Source: Candidatus Flemingiibacterium sp. (GTDB taxonomy: Bacteria; Bacillota; Clostridia; Oscillospirales; CAG-272). Taken from it: DNA of 64,000 bases. The stretch covers positions 12,902 through 76,901 of the forward strand of contig JAZNKS010000073.1 of the NCBI GenBank assembly GCA_045578725.1, read 5' to 3'. This document shows, one piece after another, positions 38,548-47,467 of this stretch; position 1 is the first letter of the stretch; every line of letters begins with the position of its first letter. A program made the translations under genes and the position numbers. Under the pieces are notes generated by a model. It worked only from the letters and a program-made list of their open reading frames with translations. It searched no databases and was not told the origin of the DNA.

Positions 38548-40803
38548 TTACAGATTTCCCGGATTCACATCGGCCGATACCGATGCCTTGAGGGCCGTCT
38601 TTGAGCCGGAGAATTCGTGCATCAGACGGTCAATCAATCCGCGGACACGCTTTGTCACGGCGCATTTGAGAATCAGTCGCATACGATAAACATTGTTCAC
38701 TTTATAGATCGGCGCCTCAAAGGGGCCGAAGAGATAGATTTTCAGATCGGAATATTCGCCGGATAGAAACTCCCGGAGACGCTTGTCAAGCTTCAGCGAG
38801 AGAGCCAGAACATCCTGCTCCGCCTCGCCCGTAATGCCGAGAAGCACGAATTCGCAGAAGGGCGGGAACACCAATTGCCGCCGAAGCTGAATCGCGCTTT
38901 CATAGAAGCCTTCATAATCCTGCGCCGCCGCCAGATTGATCGTTTCGTTATCCGGTGAGCAGGTCTGGATGACAGCACGCCCCGGCTTTTGGGCACGCCC
39001 CGCCCGCCCGATCACCTGAGTCAGAAGCGCAAAGGTGCGCTCGCTCGCCCTAAAATCGTCCAGATAGAGTGCCGCATCCGTATTGATGACGCCGACCAGC
39101 GTGACATCCGGGAAATTGTGGCCCTTTGTCACCATCTGGGTTCCGATCAGGATATCCGCCTCATGCGCCCGGAAGCGGGAGAGAATCGCCTCATGCGAAA
39201 ACTTTCCGCCGGTGGCATCGGCATCCATCCGGAGAATCCGCGCCTTGGGATAGAGAGAGGCAAGCTCCTCGGCCACAAGCTGGGTGCCGAAGCCCTTGCG
39301 GCTCAGATGCTCGGAGGCGCATTCGGGACATTGCGCGGGGACCTCCTCGGTGTAGCCGCAGTAATGGCATTTGAGAAAAGCGTGATCCGCTTCCCGATGA
39401 TAGGTCAGCGACACCGAGCAATGGGGGCAGGTGATCGCCTGTCCGCATTTCTGGCAGCTGACAAAATTATTATACCCGCGCCGGCTCACAAACAGAATCG
39501 TCTGCTCCCCGGCGGCGAGATTTTTTTCGATTTCGTCGCGGAGCATTCCGCCGATCGGTGTAATCAGCCCCTTTTGGGCATCCGTGCGCAGATCCGAAAT
39601 CCGCACCTCGGGGAGCACGGCATTGCCGTACCGCTCCTTCAGCGTGATGAGCGAATAAACCCCGCTCTTTGCCTTATAGAAGGATTCCAGCGACGGAGTT
39701 GCCGAGGCCAGGAGCATCAGCGCCCTGTTGTGCGCCGCCCGCCAGCGCGCAATATCCCGCGCGTGGTATTTGGGGTTCATGTCCGACTTGTAGGTATGTT
39801 CCTGCTCTTCATCGATGACAATCAATCCAAGATTGTCAAGAGGAGCAAAGATGGCCGACCGGGTGCCGATCACAACATCGACCTCCCCGGCACGGATCCG
39901 CTTCCATGCATCGGTGCGCTCCCCCTCGGAAAGCCCCGAATGAATGACCGCGACCCGCTCACCGAAATAACCGCAGAACAGATCCACCGTCTGTCCGGTC
40001 AGCGAAATCTCCGGCACCAGCAGAATCACCGATTTCCCCATGGCGATCACGCGGTCGATCAGCGCCTTGATAACGCGGGTCTTGCCGCTTCCGGTCACAC
40101 CGTATAAAAGAGCCGCCCGCGGCTGATCCTCGGCCGCCAGCGCTGCCAGCCGTTCACAGGCATCTGCCTGCTCTTTTGACAGTCGGTTCGGATCCGGAAT
40201 CCGTCCGCGTCCCGCGTAGGGATTACGCCAGACCTCCCGGATCTCCTCGCGGAGAATCCCCTTTTCCGTCAGGCCCTTCAGAGTGGGAAGCGATACATCC
40301 AGCGTCTTGCGCAGCTCACCGAGCGATACCGGCCGGTCGGGATGCTCCCCGAGATAGGCCAGAACCTTCGCCTGCGCGCTGCCCGTGCGGGATGCCTTTT
40401 GTCCGGTCAGCGAATAAAAGCGCTCGATCGGATCCCGTCGGGAATGATAGAGCGAATCGACGGCACCGGCCGGCAGAATCGTCTGTACCGCCTCGCCGGT
40501 GGAGCAGAAGGTCCGCTCCCGCAGAAATGTGCACAGTCCGAGCAGCTCTTCATTCAGCGAGAACCGATCGTCGGCGACCGCCTCCAGCGGCTTTAGTCGG
40601 GAATATTCTGAGGTTGCCTTGACCGAAACCACAATCGCCGTGCGCCGATGGACATTGCCGAAGGAAACCGCCGTCAGTGTTCCCGGATGAACCTGATTCT
40701 GCAGGGCCGGCGGAATGGCATAGTCGAAGCATTGGTCAGCCGAGAACGGGAGCTCCAGAATCCGTACCGATGCGACAGCCGCCAGGAACGGATTACCGGG
40801 CAT
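38548..40803 (-). CDS. priA: Primosomal protein N'
   Basis: GVTGSGKT, DEEQ, SATPS, two CxxC pairs and GTQMVTKG motifs. Confidence 0.95.
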   Translation of the reverse strand: MPGNPFLAAVASVRILELPFSADQCFDYAIPPALQNQVHPGTLTAVSFGNVHRRTAIVVSVKATSEYSRLKPLEAVADDRFSLNEELLGLCTFLRERTFCSTGEAVQTILPAGAVDSLYHSRRDPIERFYSLTGQKASRTGSAQAKVLAYLGEHPDRPVSLGELRKTLDVSLPTLKGLTEKGILREEIREVWRNPYAGRGRIPDPNRLSKEQADACERLAALAAEDQPRAALLYGVTGSGKTRVIKALIDRVIAMGKSVILLVPEISLTGQTVDLFCGYFGERVAVIHSGLSEGERTDAWKRIRAGEVDVVIGTRSAIFAPLDNLGLIVIDEEQEHTYKSDMNPKYHARDIARWRAAHNRALMLLASATPSLESFYKAKSGVYSLITLKERYGNAVLPEVRISDLRTDAQKGLITPIGGMLRDEIEKNLAAGEQTILFVSRRGYNNFVSCQKCGQAITCPHCSVSLTYHREADHAFLKCHYCGYTEEVPAQCPECASEHLSRKGFGTQLVAEELASLYPKARILRMDADATGGKFSHEAILSRFRAHEADILIGTQMVTKGHNFPDVTLVGVINTDAALYLDDFRASERTFALLTQVIGRAGRAQKPGRAVIQTCSPDNETINLAAAQDYEGFYESAIQLRRQLVFPPFCEFVLLGITGEAEQDVLALSLKLDKRLREFLSGEYSDLKIYLFGPFEAPIYKVNNVYRMRLILKCAVTKRVRGLIDRLMHEFSGSKTALKASVSADVNPGNL

Positions 40804-41087
40804 CAGTTGTTTTCCCGCAGATTGATGCTGGCGTCGTTGATCTTGTACTCGCCCTGATAGATGCGGTTGATGGCATTTTTAACCGCCTTTTCATCGCGGA
40901 TATCGCGCTTGATCATGGAAGCCAGACTCTTGTCGGTTTCCTTGTTGGCGATCAGCTTTTCGGCCTGCTCGCGCTGATGGACGTATTCATCGGTCACCAT
41001 GCGTGCGCACTTGGCGGTTGCGATGCAGAGAATATAGCGGTTATACTTGTCGTTCTGGCTCAGTTCTTCAACGGAAGGATAAATCAT
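40803..41087 (-). CDS. rpoZ: RNA polymerase omega subunit
   Basis: MIYPSVEEL..NRY.L.IATAK.AR; follows gmk. Confidence 0.85.
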   Translation of the reverse strand: MIYPSVEELSQNDKYNRYILCIATAKCARMVTDEYVHQREQAEKLIANKETDKSLASMIKRDIRDEKAVKNAINRIYQGEYKINDASINLRENN

Positions 41088-41105
41088 GATTCGTACCTCT
41101 CTTCA

Positions 41106-41723
41106 TTATTCAGCAAAAAATGTTGTTTCAAAATTTCCCGCCCGTTCGGTGCGGAGCTTTTCCGCCTGCACAATATGGATGATATCGTGCGCGGCGCACT
41201 CAACGGCATCATCGCCGTTGATTACTATGTAATCGTATTCCTCAAGCTTGGACAGCTCCCATGCAGCCGCCTCCAGCCGCTCGCGGATCACTTCCTCGGA
41301 TACCTTGTCGCCTCGTCCGCGCAGACGCTTCTCCAGCGTGCGGTAATCGGGCGGCGCAATCATCAGCAGAATCGAATCGGGACAGCGCTCCTTGATCTGG
41401 AGAGCTCCCTGCACATCGATTTCGAGAATCACATTCCGGCCGGCGGCAAGATTTTCCCAAACCTCTTTCTTGGGGGTTCCGTAATAATTTCCGCAGTATT
41501 CGGCATATTCAAGCATCATATCGGCTGAAATCCGCTCGCGGAACTCCTCTTTGGTAATAAAATAGTAATTGATACCGTGCGCCTCGCCCTCGCGCGGTGC
41601 GCGGGTGGTGGCGGAAACCGAAAAGACAAAGCTGTCGTCCAGCTCCATCAGCCGCCGGACAACGGTTCCCTTACCGCTTCCGGAAGGGCCGGAAAGCACA
41701 ATCAGAAGTCCCTGCTCCTTCAT
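41106..41723 (-). CDS. gmk: Guanylate kinase
   Basis: [24 protein letters not shown] and EIDVQG motifs. Confidence 0.97.
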   Translation of the reverse strand: MKEQGLLIVLSGPSGSGKGTVVRRLMELDDSFVFSVSATTRAPREGEAHGINYYFITKEEFRERISADMMLEYAEYCGNYYGTPKKEVWENLAAGRNVILEIDVQGALQIKERCPDSILLMIAPPDYRTLEKRLRGRGDKVSEEVIRERLEAAAWELSKLEEYDYIVINGDDAVECAAHDIIHIVQAEKLRTERAGNFETTFFAE

Positions 41724-42001
41724 CCCAGCGTCTCCTCCTCATTCTCATCCTCGTCACTGCTGTCATCCCGATCGCTGAGGCGGTTGGAGATGGTTTCCGA
41801 CTGGAAGGCCGACAGAATCACGTGCTCGCTGTCGGTGATGATGACGGCGCGGGTGCGCTTGCCGCAGGTGACATCAATGGCGCGTCCGTTATCCTTGGAA
41901 TCCTGGATCAGCCGCTTGATGGGAGCGCTGTCCGGGCTGACGACCGCCACCACGCGCTCGGCGGCGACCATATTGCCAAAGCCTATGTTGATAAATCTCA
42001 T
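41720..42001 (-). CDS. remA: DUF370/RemA family regulator
   Basis: FINIGFGN.V...[13 protein letters not shown]; lies between yicC and gmk. Confidence 0.9.
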   Translation of the reverse strand: MRFINIGFGNMVAAERVVAVVSPDSAPIKRLIQDSKDNGRAIDVTCGKRTRAVIITDSEHVILSAFQSETISNRLSDRDDSSDEDENEEETLG

Positions 42002-42026
42002 ATGAAGCATCCGTTCCTTTCGCGGC

Positions 42027-42920
42027 TTATTCGATATTCTGAATCTGCTCGCGGATTTTTTCCAGTTCGCTCTTGACCTCGACCACCATCGCCGCGATCT
42101 CGGCATTGCTTGCCTTGGAGCCGATGGTATTCGTTTCGCGGTTGATCTCCTGCAGAAGGAAATCCAGCTTGCGGCCAACCGGCTCATCGGAGGCAAGAAT
42201 CGTGCGGAAGGCTTCAAAGTGGCAGGAAAGCCGCACCAGCTCCTCGTCAATTGCCACACGGTCAGCATAAATAGCGCATTCGGTGAGCACCATATTCGGG
42301 TTCAGCTCGGCCATATTGTCAGCCAGCAATCCCTTCAGACGTGTTTCAAACCTGGTGCGGTAGGCGGCGATATCCTCCTCGGAATGCTTTCCGATCTCCC
42401 CGGCCAGCACCTGAATTTTCTCCATCTTGCCGATGATATCATTCTTCAGCCGCTCGCCCTCGGCTTCCCGTACCTTCAGGAAGGCATCGATGGCCTCGTC
42501 CAGCACCGGCCTGATGAGCTCCCAATCCTTTTCGGCATCCTCCTCCGGCTTGCGGATGTTGAAAATGTCCCGATTCTGGGCCACGCTCATAACCGAGATG
42601 TCATCGGCGAGCCCGAAGGTATCGCGGAGCTTGCGAAGTGCGGTGATATAGCTTTCGGCCAGCGCCTCATCGATATCGATGGTCATACCGACATTTTCGA
42701 CAATCTCCACACCGACCCAGACATCCAGCTTGCCGCGGGAAATGCCTTTTGTCTGCACATATTGGCGGATCCGATCCTCCAAAAAGCTGTACATCCGCGA
42801 AATCTTCACGGTGCAGTCCAGATACCGGTTGTTTACACTCTTTAGTTCTACTGTGATATTTTTTCCGTCTTCGGTGCCGGTCCGGAGGGCGCGGCCGAAG
42901 GCTGTCATACTGCGTACCAT
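42027..42920 (-). CDS. yicC: YicC/YloC family endoribonuclease
   Basis: [16 protein letters not shown] and [19 protein letters not shown] motifs. Confidence 0.93.
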   Translation of the reverse strand: MVRSMTAFGRALRTGTEDGKNITVELKSVNNRYLDCTVKISRMYSFLEDRIRQYVQTKGISRGKLDVWVGVEIVENVGMTIDIDEALAESYITALRKLRDTFGLADDISVMSVAQNRDIFNIRKPEEDAEKDWELIRPVLDEAIDAFLKVREAEGERLKNDIIGKMEKIQVLAGEIGKHSEEDIAAYRTRFETRLKGLLADNMAELNPNMVLTECAIYADRVAIDEELVRLSCHFEAFRTILASDEPVGRKLDFLLQEINRETNTIGSKASNAEIAAMVVEVKSELEKIREQIQNIE

Positions 42921-42960
42921 AATCCTTCTCCCACATACTTCATTTTGGGCATATATATTT

Positions 42961-42989
42961 ATTATACCGCATTTCGCACGATTTGTCAA
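42961..42989 (-). promoter_or_regulatory. SigA promoter of the yicC...thiN operon
   Basis: TTGACA-17-TATAAT on the minus strand. Confidence 0.8.
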
Positions 42990-43023
42990 TCAAATTATTC
43001 GTGAAACTCATTGACAAATCGTG
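42977..43023. repeat. 14-bp perfect inverted repeat overlapping the yicC -35 element
   Basis: CACGATTTGTCAAT ... ATTGACAAATCGTG. Confidence 0.75.
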
Positions 43024-43091
43024 AATTTATGCCTCTCGCCCCCGAAATAACCGCCCGCAGTCAAATCCGGAATTTTTGTCCATATTGCCGC

Positions 43092-43120
43092 TTGACAACA
43101 CTCGCAAAAAAGGGTATAAT
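43092..43120 (+). promoter_or_regulatory. SigA promoter of the ECF-coaX unit
   Basis: TTGACA-17-TATAAT. Confidence 0.85.
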
Positions 43121-43199
43121 GTTAGCATCTGCCATCCATCGGCAGAAATAATATTTTGCGCTGTATCCCGCCAAGCGGGAGCGGCAGCAGGAGGTTTTT

Positions 43200-43832
43200 A
43201 TGAATCCCAAGGCAAAGACCCGAACCGATGTGAAACGGCTCGCCATGATCGCGATGCTCGCAGCCGTCGTTATCGTGCTGCAGGCTGTCGGCTCCGTCAT
43301 CAAGATCGGACCGTTCCCCATCAATCTTGCCCTCACGCCGATCATCATCGGCGCGGCACTTTACGGCTGGAAGGCCGGCGCCATTCTCGGCGCCATCCTC
43401 GGTGCGTACATTTTCTGCGCCGGGCTCTGGATTGACGGCTCCATGATTCCCATGGTGCAGTACAATTTTCCGGCCTCGCTCATTCTCTGCATCGGCAAAA
43501 CAACGGCCGCCGGTGCGCTGGCAGGCGTTCTGTACCGCCTGATCCGCCAGAAAAATGCTTTTCTGGCCACTCTGATCGCCAGCATCGTCACGCCCATCAC
43601 CAACACCGCCATCTATGCCATCGGTATGATGAGCATCTTCAGCGGCTTCCTCGGCGCAGCCGCACAGGCGAAGGGCCACACCAATCCGATTGCGTTTCTC
43701 TTTCTCGTTGTCATCGGTGTGAATTTCATCATCGAATTTCTTCTCAACACAGCGCTTGCGACCGTCATCACCCGCATCATCGCCTATTACAATAAAAACA
43801 TAGGAAACAAGCGAAATGCTGCTGGCCTGTAA
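43200..43832 (+). CDS. ECF transporter S component, PanT-like
   Basis: Multiple TM helices, PIIIGA.LYG...GAILG motif; overlaps coaX. Confidence 0.75.
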   Translation: MNPKAKTRTDVKRLAMIAMLAAVVIVLQAVGSVIKIGPFPINLALTPIIIGAALYGWKAGAILGAILGAYIFCAGLWIDGSMIPMVQYNFPASLILCIGKTTAAGALAGVLYRLIRQKNAFLATLIASIVTPITNTAIYAIGMMSIFSGFLGAAAQAKGHTNPIAFLFLVVIGVNFIIEFLLNTALATVITRIIAYYNKNIGNKRNAAGL

Positions 43833-44601
43833 CATCGGAAATGGCGAGATCCGGCTCGGCTTTCTGGACAGCGGCCGTCTTCTCGATACCGTTTCCTTCT
43901 CCAACGCACACAAGCGTACCGCCGATGAATACGCCTGCCTGATCCGGGATCTGCTCTCGCTTCGCGGCGTGTCGCCGTGCGATTTTGAGGATGCCATCCT
44001 CGCCTCTGTTGTTCCCGATGTCACCGAAGCGGTGCGGCGGGGAATCCAGCTTCTCTGCGGCGGTCTGCGTCCGCACCTCGTGGGGACGGGAATCCGCACC
44101 GGGCTGAACATCCTCACCGACGATCCCTCCCAGCTGGGAAGCGATCTTGTCGCCTCCGCAGCCGGCGCGCTTCTGGATTACAAACCGCCGCTGATTCTGA
44201 TCGATTTCGGCACGGCAATCACCTTTTCCGTTCTGGATAAGGATGGCAGCTTCATCGGCTGCTCCATCGCCCCCGGCCTCCGGCTTTCCGCCGAAGCGCT
44301 GAGCAGCGGAGCAAGTCTGCTCCCGCATTACGCCTATGCCGCCCCCAAAAAGTGCATCGGCACCAATACCGTGGAAAGCCTCCGCAGCGGCGGCATTCAC
44401 GGAACGGCCGCCATGGTGGACGGCATGATCGGACGGATTGAGGAGGAGCTGGGCTATCCGGCTTCGTGCATCGCATCCGGCGAGGGCGCGGAGATCGTTC
44501 TTCCCCTATGCCGCCGCAAAATTCTCCGCGACGACACGCTCCTTCTGCGCGGACTCGGCGCGATCTGGGAGCGGAATCGGAAAAAAGCGAAAAAATCATA
44601 A
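43816..44601 (+). CDS. coaX: Type III pantothenate kinase, divergent active site
   Basis: T.DE, ASVVP, LGSD, IDFGTAIT, G.SIAPG and GTNT motifs. Confidence 0.88.
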   Translation: MLLACNIGNGEIRLGFLDSGRLLDTVSFSNAHKRTADEYACLIRDLLSLRGVSPCDFEDAILASVVPDVTEAVRRGIQLLCGGLRPHLVGTGIRTGLNILTDDPSQLGSDLVASAAGALLDYKPPLILIDFGTAITFSVLDKDGSFIGCSIAPGLRLSAEALSSGASLLPHYAYAAPKKCIGTNTVESLRSGGIHGTAAMVDGMIGRIEEELGYPASCIASGEGAEIVLPLCRRKILRDDTLLLRGLGAIWERNRKKAKKS

Positions 44602-44646
44602 TCCGAAAATCCTGCAGGTGCTGATCTGCAGGATTTTTTTGGATTT
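44601..44646 (+). terminator. Terminator after coaX
   Basis: AAAATCCTGCAG/CTGCAGGATTTT stem followed by a T-tract. Confidence 0.75.
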
Positions 44647-44720
44647 TCATCAGTAAATATCCGTATTTTTATGCAGTATTCCGTTTGGCCGTATCCTCTT
44701 GTCTCCCCTCTGTGGATTGT

Positions 44721-44933
44721 GTCTATGATTTCAGCGATCGCTACGGCTTTGGCGTCGAAGTCAACTGGATGCCCAACAGCTTCTTCTATTCCAGCGCCAT
44801 CTCGCTGGTCGAGCTGAACGAGGACGGCGACATGGAGCTGGCCTTCGGCGGCGAACGAACGGTACGCCTGCCGGAGATCTTCGCCAAGGCGGAAATCGAT
44901 GCTTTCTCCCAAGCATTGCAGGTACTCGAATAA
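44721..44933 (+). pseudogene. Remnant of a solute-binding lipoprotein paralog
   Basis: 38/56 aa identical (manual alignment) to 45762-45929 of the next gene; no RBS, signal peptide or lipobox. Confidence 0.8.
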
Positions 44934-44943
44934 GCAGCACCCG

Positions 44944-44968
44944 GCAGGCCGCAAGGCCTGCTTTTTTT
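44944..44968 (+). terminator. Intrinsic terminator after the remnant
   Basis: GCAGGCC-GCAA-GGCCTGC followed by T7. Confidence 0.85.
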
Positions 44969-44987
44969 CGACTTCGGGCTTTTGTGC

Positions 44988-45015
44988 TTGACTTTTCACA
45001 ATTTCGTGATATAAT
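44988..45015 (+). promoter_or_regulatory. SigA promoter with a palindromic spacer
   Basis: TTGACT-16-TATAAT; spacer contains TCACAATTTCGTGA. Confidence 0.6.
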
Positions 45016-45050
45016 AGATCTGTAAAGCCAAATACATCAGGAGGTTTCTC

Positions 45051-46493
45051 ATGAAAAAGCGTCTTCTCAGCACATGGCTCCTCATGGCCATGCTCGTATC
45101 CTGCGGCACCGCTGCCCCGTCCGGCAGCGACACTGAAAATCCTTCCCCCACTCCCGAAGATACTACAGCCGGCGAGGAACGTCCCACCCACGGCATTGAT
45201 GTCTGCGATTACGAAGGCGAGCCCTTTCACATTCTCGCACCCGAATGGGGTCTTTACATCAACTACTTCTTTGCCGATGAGCAGACAGGCGAAACCATGA
45301 ACGATGCCATCTATGAGCGCACAACGCGGGTGGAGGAGCATCTCGGAATCGATATCACCTATGCGTGCGAGGGAACCATCAACGATATCCCCGGCGCGGT
45401 CCGGACCGCGGTGACATCCGGCGACGATCCCTATCAGCTGGTGCTGACCCACTGCATCTACGGTCTGGGCGGCATGGTAACCGACAGCCTGCTGTATGAC
45501 TGGAATCAGATCCCCTATGCGGATCTTGACCGGGAATACTGGAATCAGCAATGCAATGAAAATCTGTCGATCGACGGCAAGCAATATTATGCGGTTTCCG
45601 ACTATATGCTGGCGGATCCCAATGCCATTCTCTTCAGCAAGGACATGATCACCGATTTCAGCCTGGAGAATCCTTACGAGCTCGTCCGTGACGGCAGCTG
45701 GACGCTGGAGAAAATGTTCACCATGGCATCCAAGGTTTCCTCGGATCTGAACGGCGACAGCGTCTACGATTACAGCGACCGCTATGGCTTCGGCGTGGAA
45801 TCCAACTGGAAGCTGAACAGCTTCTTCTATTCCAGCGGCATTCATCTGGCCCAAAAGAACAGCGACGGCATTCCGGAGCTTACCGTCGGCGGCGAGCGCA
45901 CCCTTCGCCTTGTGGAGCTCTTTGATAAGATCATCAACGGCTCCAACGATGCCGTTACCTGGGTCATGGGCGCCCCGGAAGAAGAGTCCGTCATGATTCC
46001 GACCGGCCGCGTACTCTTCCAGATGGAAGCGCTCAATGCCCTGCGCAACTACCGCGACTGTGATGTTGAATTCGGTATTCTCCCCTATCCGAAGCTGGAT
46101 GAATCGCAGGAAACCTATGTAACCAATGACTGGAGCGGTCTGATGTGCGTACCGGTCACGGTCCAGAATCCGGAACTGATCGGCAAGGCCTGCGAGCTTC
46201 TGGCTTATCACAGCGGGGATACCACGATCCCCGCCTACTACGATCTGGTTCTGGGCGAAAAGCTTTCCCGTGATGAGGATTCCAAGGAAATGCTGAAGCT
46301 GATCTATAGCAATATTACCTACGATGCCGGTGTCAACTATGTCGGATTTGAGGCCAACATGATGGCTCTGTTCTATACCCTTCAGCGACTGGTTGTCCGG
46401 GACGGAAGTGCCAACTTCGCCTCCTGGTACGATACCTACGGTCCCGGCGCCGAATCCGAAATCGAAACCTTCATTAAATCCGTACAGGAATAA
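45051..46493 (+). CDS. Extracellular solute-binding lipoprotein
   Basis: Lipobox LVSC; GSWTLE and FGILPYPKLD motifs; homologous to 6893..8350. Confidence 0.82.
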   Translation: MKKRLLSTWLLMAMLVSCGTAAPSGSDTENPSPTPEDTTAGEERPTHGIDVCDYEGEPFHILAPEWGLYINYFFADEQTGETMNDAIYERTTRVEEHLGIDITYACEGTINDIPGAVRTAVTSGDDPYQLVLTHCIYGLGGMVTDSLLYDWNQIPYADLDREYWNQQCNENLSIDGKQYYAVSDYMLADPNAILFSKDMITDFSLENPYELVRDGSWTLEKMFTMASKVSSDLNGDSVYDYSDRYGFGVESNWKLNSFFYSSGIHLAQKNSDGIPELTVGGERTLRLVELFDKIINGSNDAVTWVMGAPEEESVMIPTGRVLFQMEALNALRNYRDCDVEFGILPYPKLDESQETYVTNDWSGLMCVPVTVQNPELIGKACELLAYHSGDTTIPAYYDLVLGEKLSRDEDSKEMLKLIYSNITYDAGVNYVGFEANMMALFYTLQRLVVRDGSANFASWYDTYGPGAESEIETFIKSVQE

Positions 46494-46512
46494 AAACGAA
46501 AGGATAATTGTT

Positions 46513-47379
46513 ATGCGATATCAGTTTATGCGCTTCCCGGGAGGGAAAAGCAAAGTTGTCACCCTGAGCTACGATGACGGCATCCGTCAGGATCTCCGTT
46601 TTTCCGAGCTGCTGAACAAATACGGCATCAAATGCACGTTCAATCTCAACAACCGAAAAATGCGCGGTGCCAGCGGTCTGGAGCCGGAGGAGGTCAAGGA
46701 ATACCTTCTGGACAAGGGCCATGAAATCGCTCTTCATACCGGCAATCACCGCGCGCCCGGTACTCTGCGCCCCATCGAAGCCATTCAGGATATTCTGGCA
46801 AACCGGAATGAGCTTGAGCAGACCTACGGTCGTATTGTACGCGGCATGGCTTATCCCGACAGCGGAATCCGCGTCATCACGACCGACACGGATTATGAAA
46901 GCATCCGGCATTATCTGAAGGATCTGGACATCGCTTACGCGCGCACGCTCGGCGGTGACAACGATTCCTTCCGCTTCCCGGAGGATTGGTATGCCTGGAT
47001 GCCGACTGCCCACCACGGCAATCCGCAGATTTTCAATTATATCGAAAAATTCCTCGCGCTGAATCCGGACGATCCGGAAATGCGCGGAACCAGACGTCAG
47101 CCCGCCCTGTTCTATCTGTGGGGACACAGCTATGAGTTTGACCGCACCGATAACGGCTGGGAGCATATCGAAAAGATCTGCGAGCGTCTTGCCTTCAAGG
47201 ACAACATCTGGTATGCGACCAACATGGAAATTTTTGAATATGTCACGGCATACCGCTCGCTCATTTACAGCGCAGACGAATCGAGAATCTACAATCCCAC
47301 CCTCCACACGATCTGGTTTGATGCGGACGGAAAGTCCTATACCATCCAGCCGGGCGAAACCATCGTCCGTCCGGTCTGA
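46513..47379 (+). CDS. Polysaccharide deacetylase (CE4/NodB-like)
   Basis: TLSYDDG, GHEIALHT.NH, MAYP and YLWGHSYEF motifs. Confidence 0.85.
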   Translation: MRYQFMRFPGGKSKVVTLSYDDGIRQDLRFSELLNKYGIKCTFNLNNRKMRGASGLEPEEVKEYLLDKGHEIALHTGNHRAPGTLRPIEAIQDILANRNELEQTYGRIVRGMAYPDSGIRVITTDTDYESIRHYLKDLDIAYARTLGGDNDSFRFPEDWYAWMPTAHHGNPQIFNYIEKFLALNPDDPEMRGTRRQPALFYLWGHSYEFDRTDNGWEHIEKICERLAFKDNIWYATNMEIFEYVTAYRSLIYSADESRIYNPTLHTIWFDADGKSYTIQPGETIVRPV

Positions 47380-47422
47380 GGCGGTCCGCCCTGTCTGAGG
47401 CGGCTCGATTTCAGGAAAACAG

Positions 47423-47452
47423 CACACCCCCGGTTGTAAAACCGGGGGTGTA
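47423..47452. terminator. Hairpin between convergent genes
   Basis: ACACCCCCGGTT-GTAA-AACCGGGGGTGT. Confidence 0.7.
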
Positions 47453-47467
47453 TTGGTCTGTCGGCTT

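Noticed and set aside
44721-45929. Duplicated segment as a DGR template/variable repeat
   Set aside because: Differences are not adenine-specific and many are synonymous; identity is too low; no reverse transcriptase in the window
47374-47403. 11-bp direct repeat GTCTGAGGCGG at the deacetylase stop codon
   Set aside because: Too short, with no associated mobile element; probably a local micro-duplication
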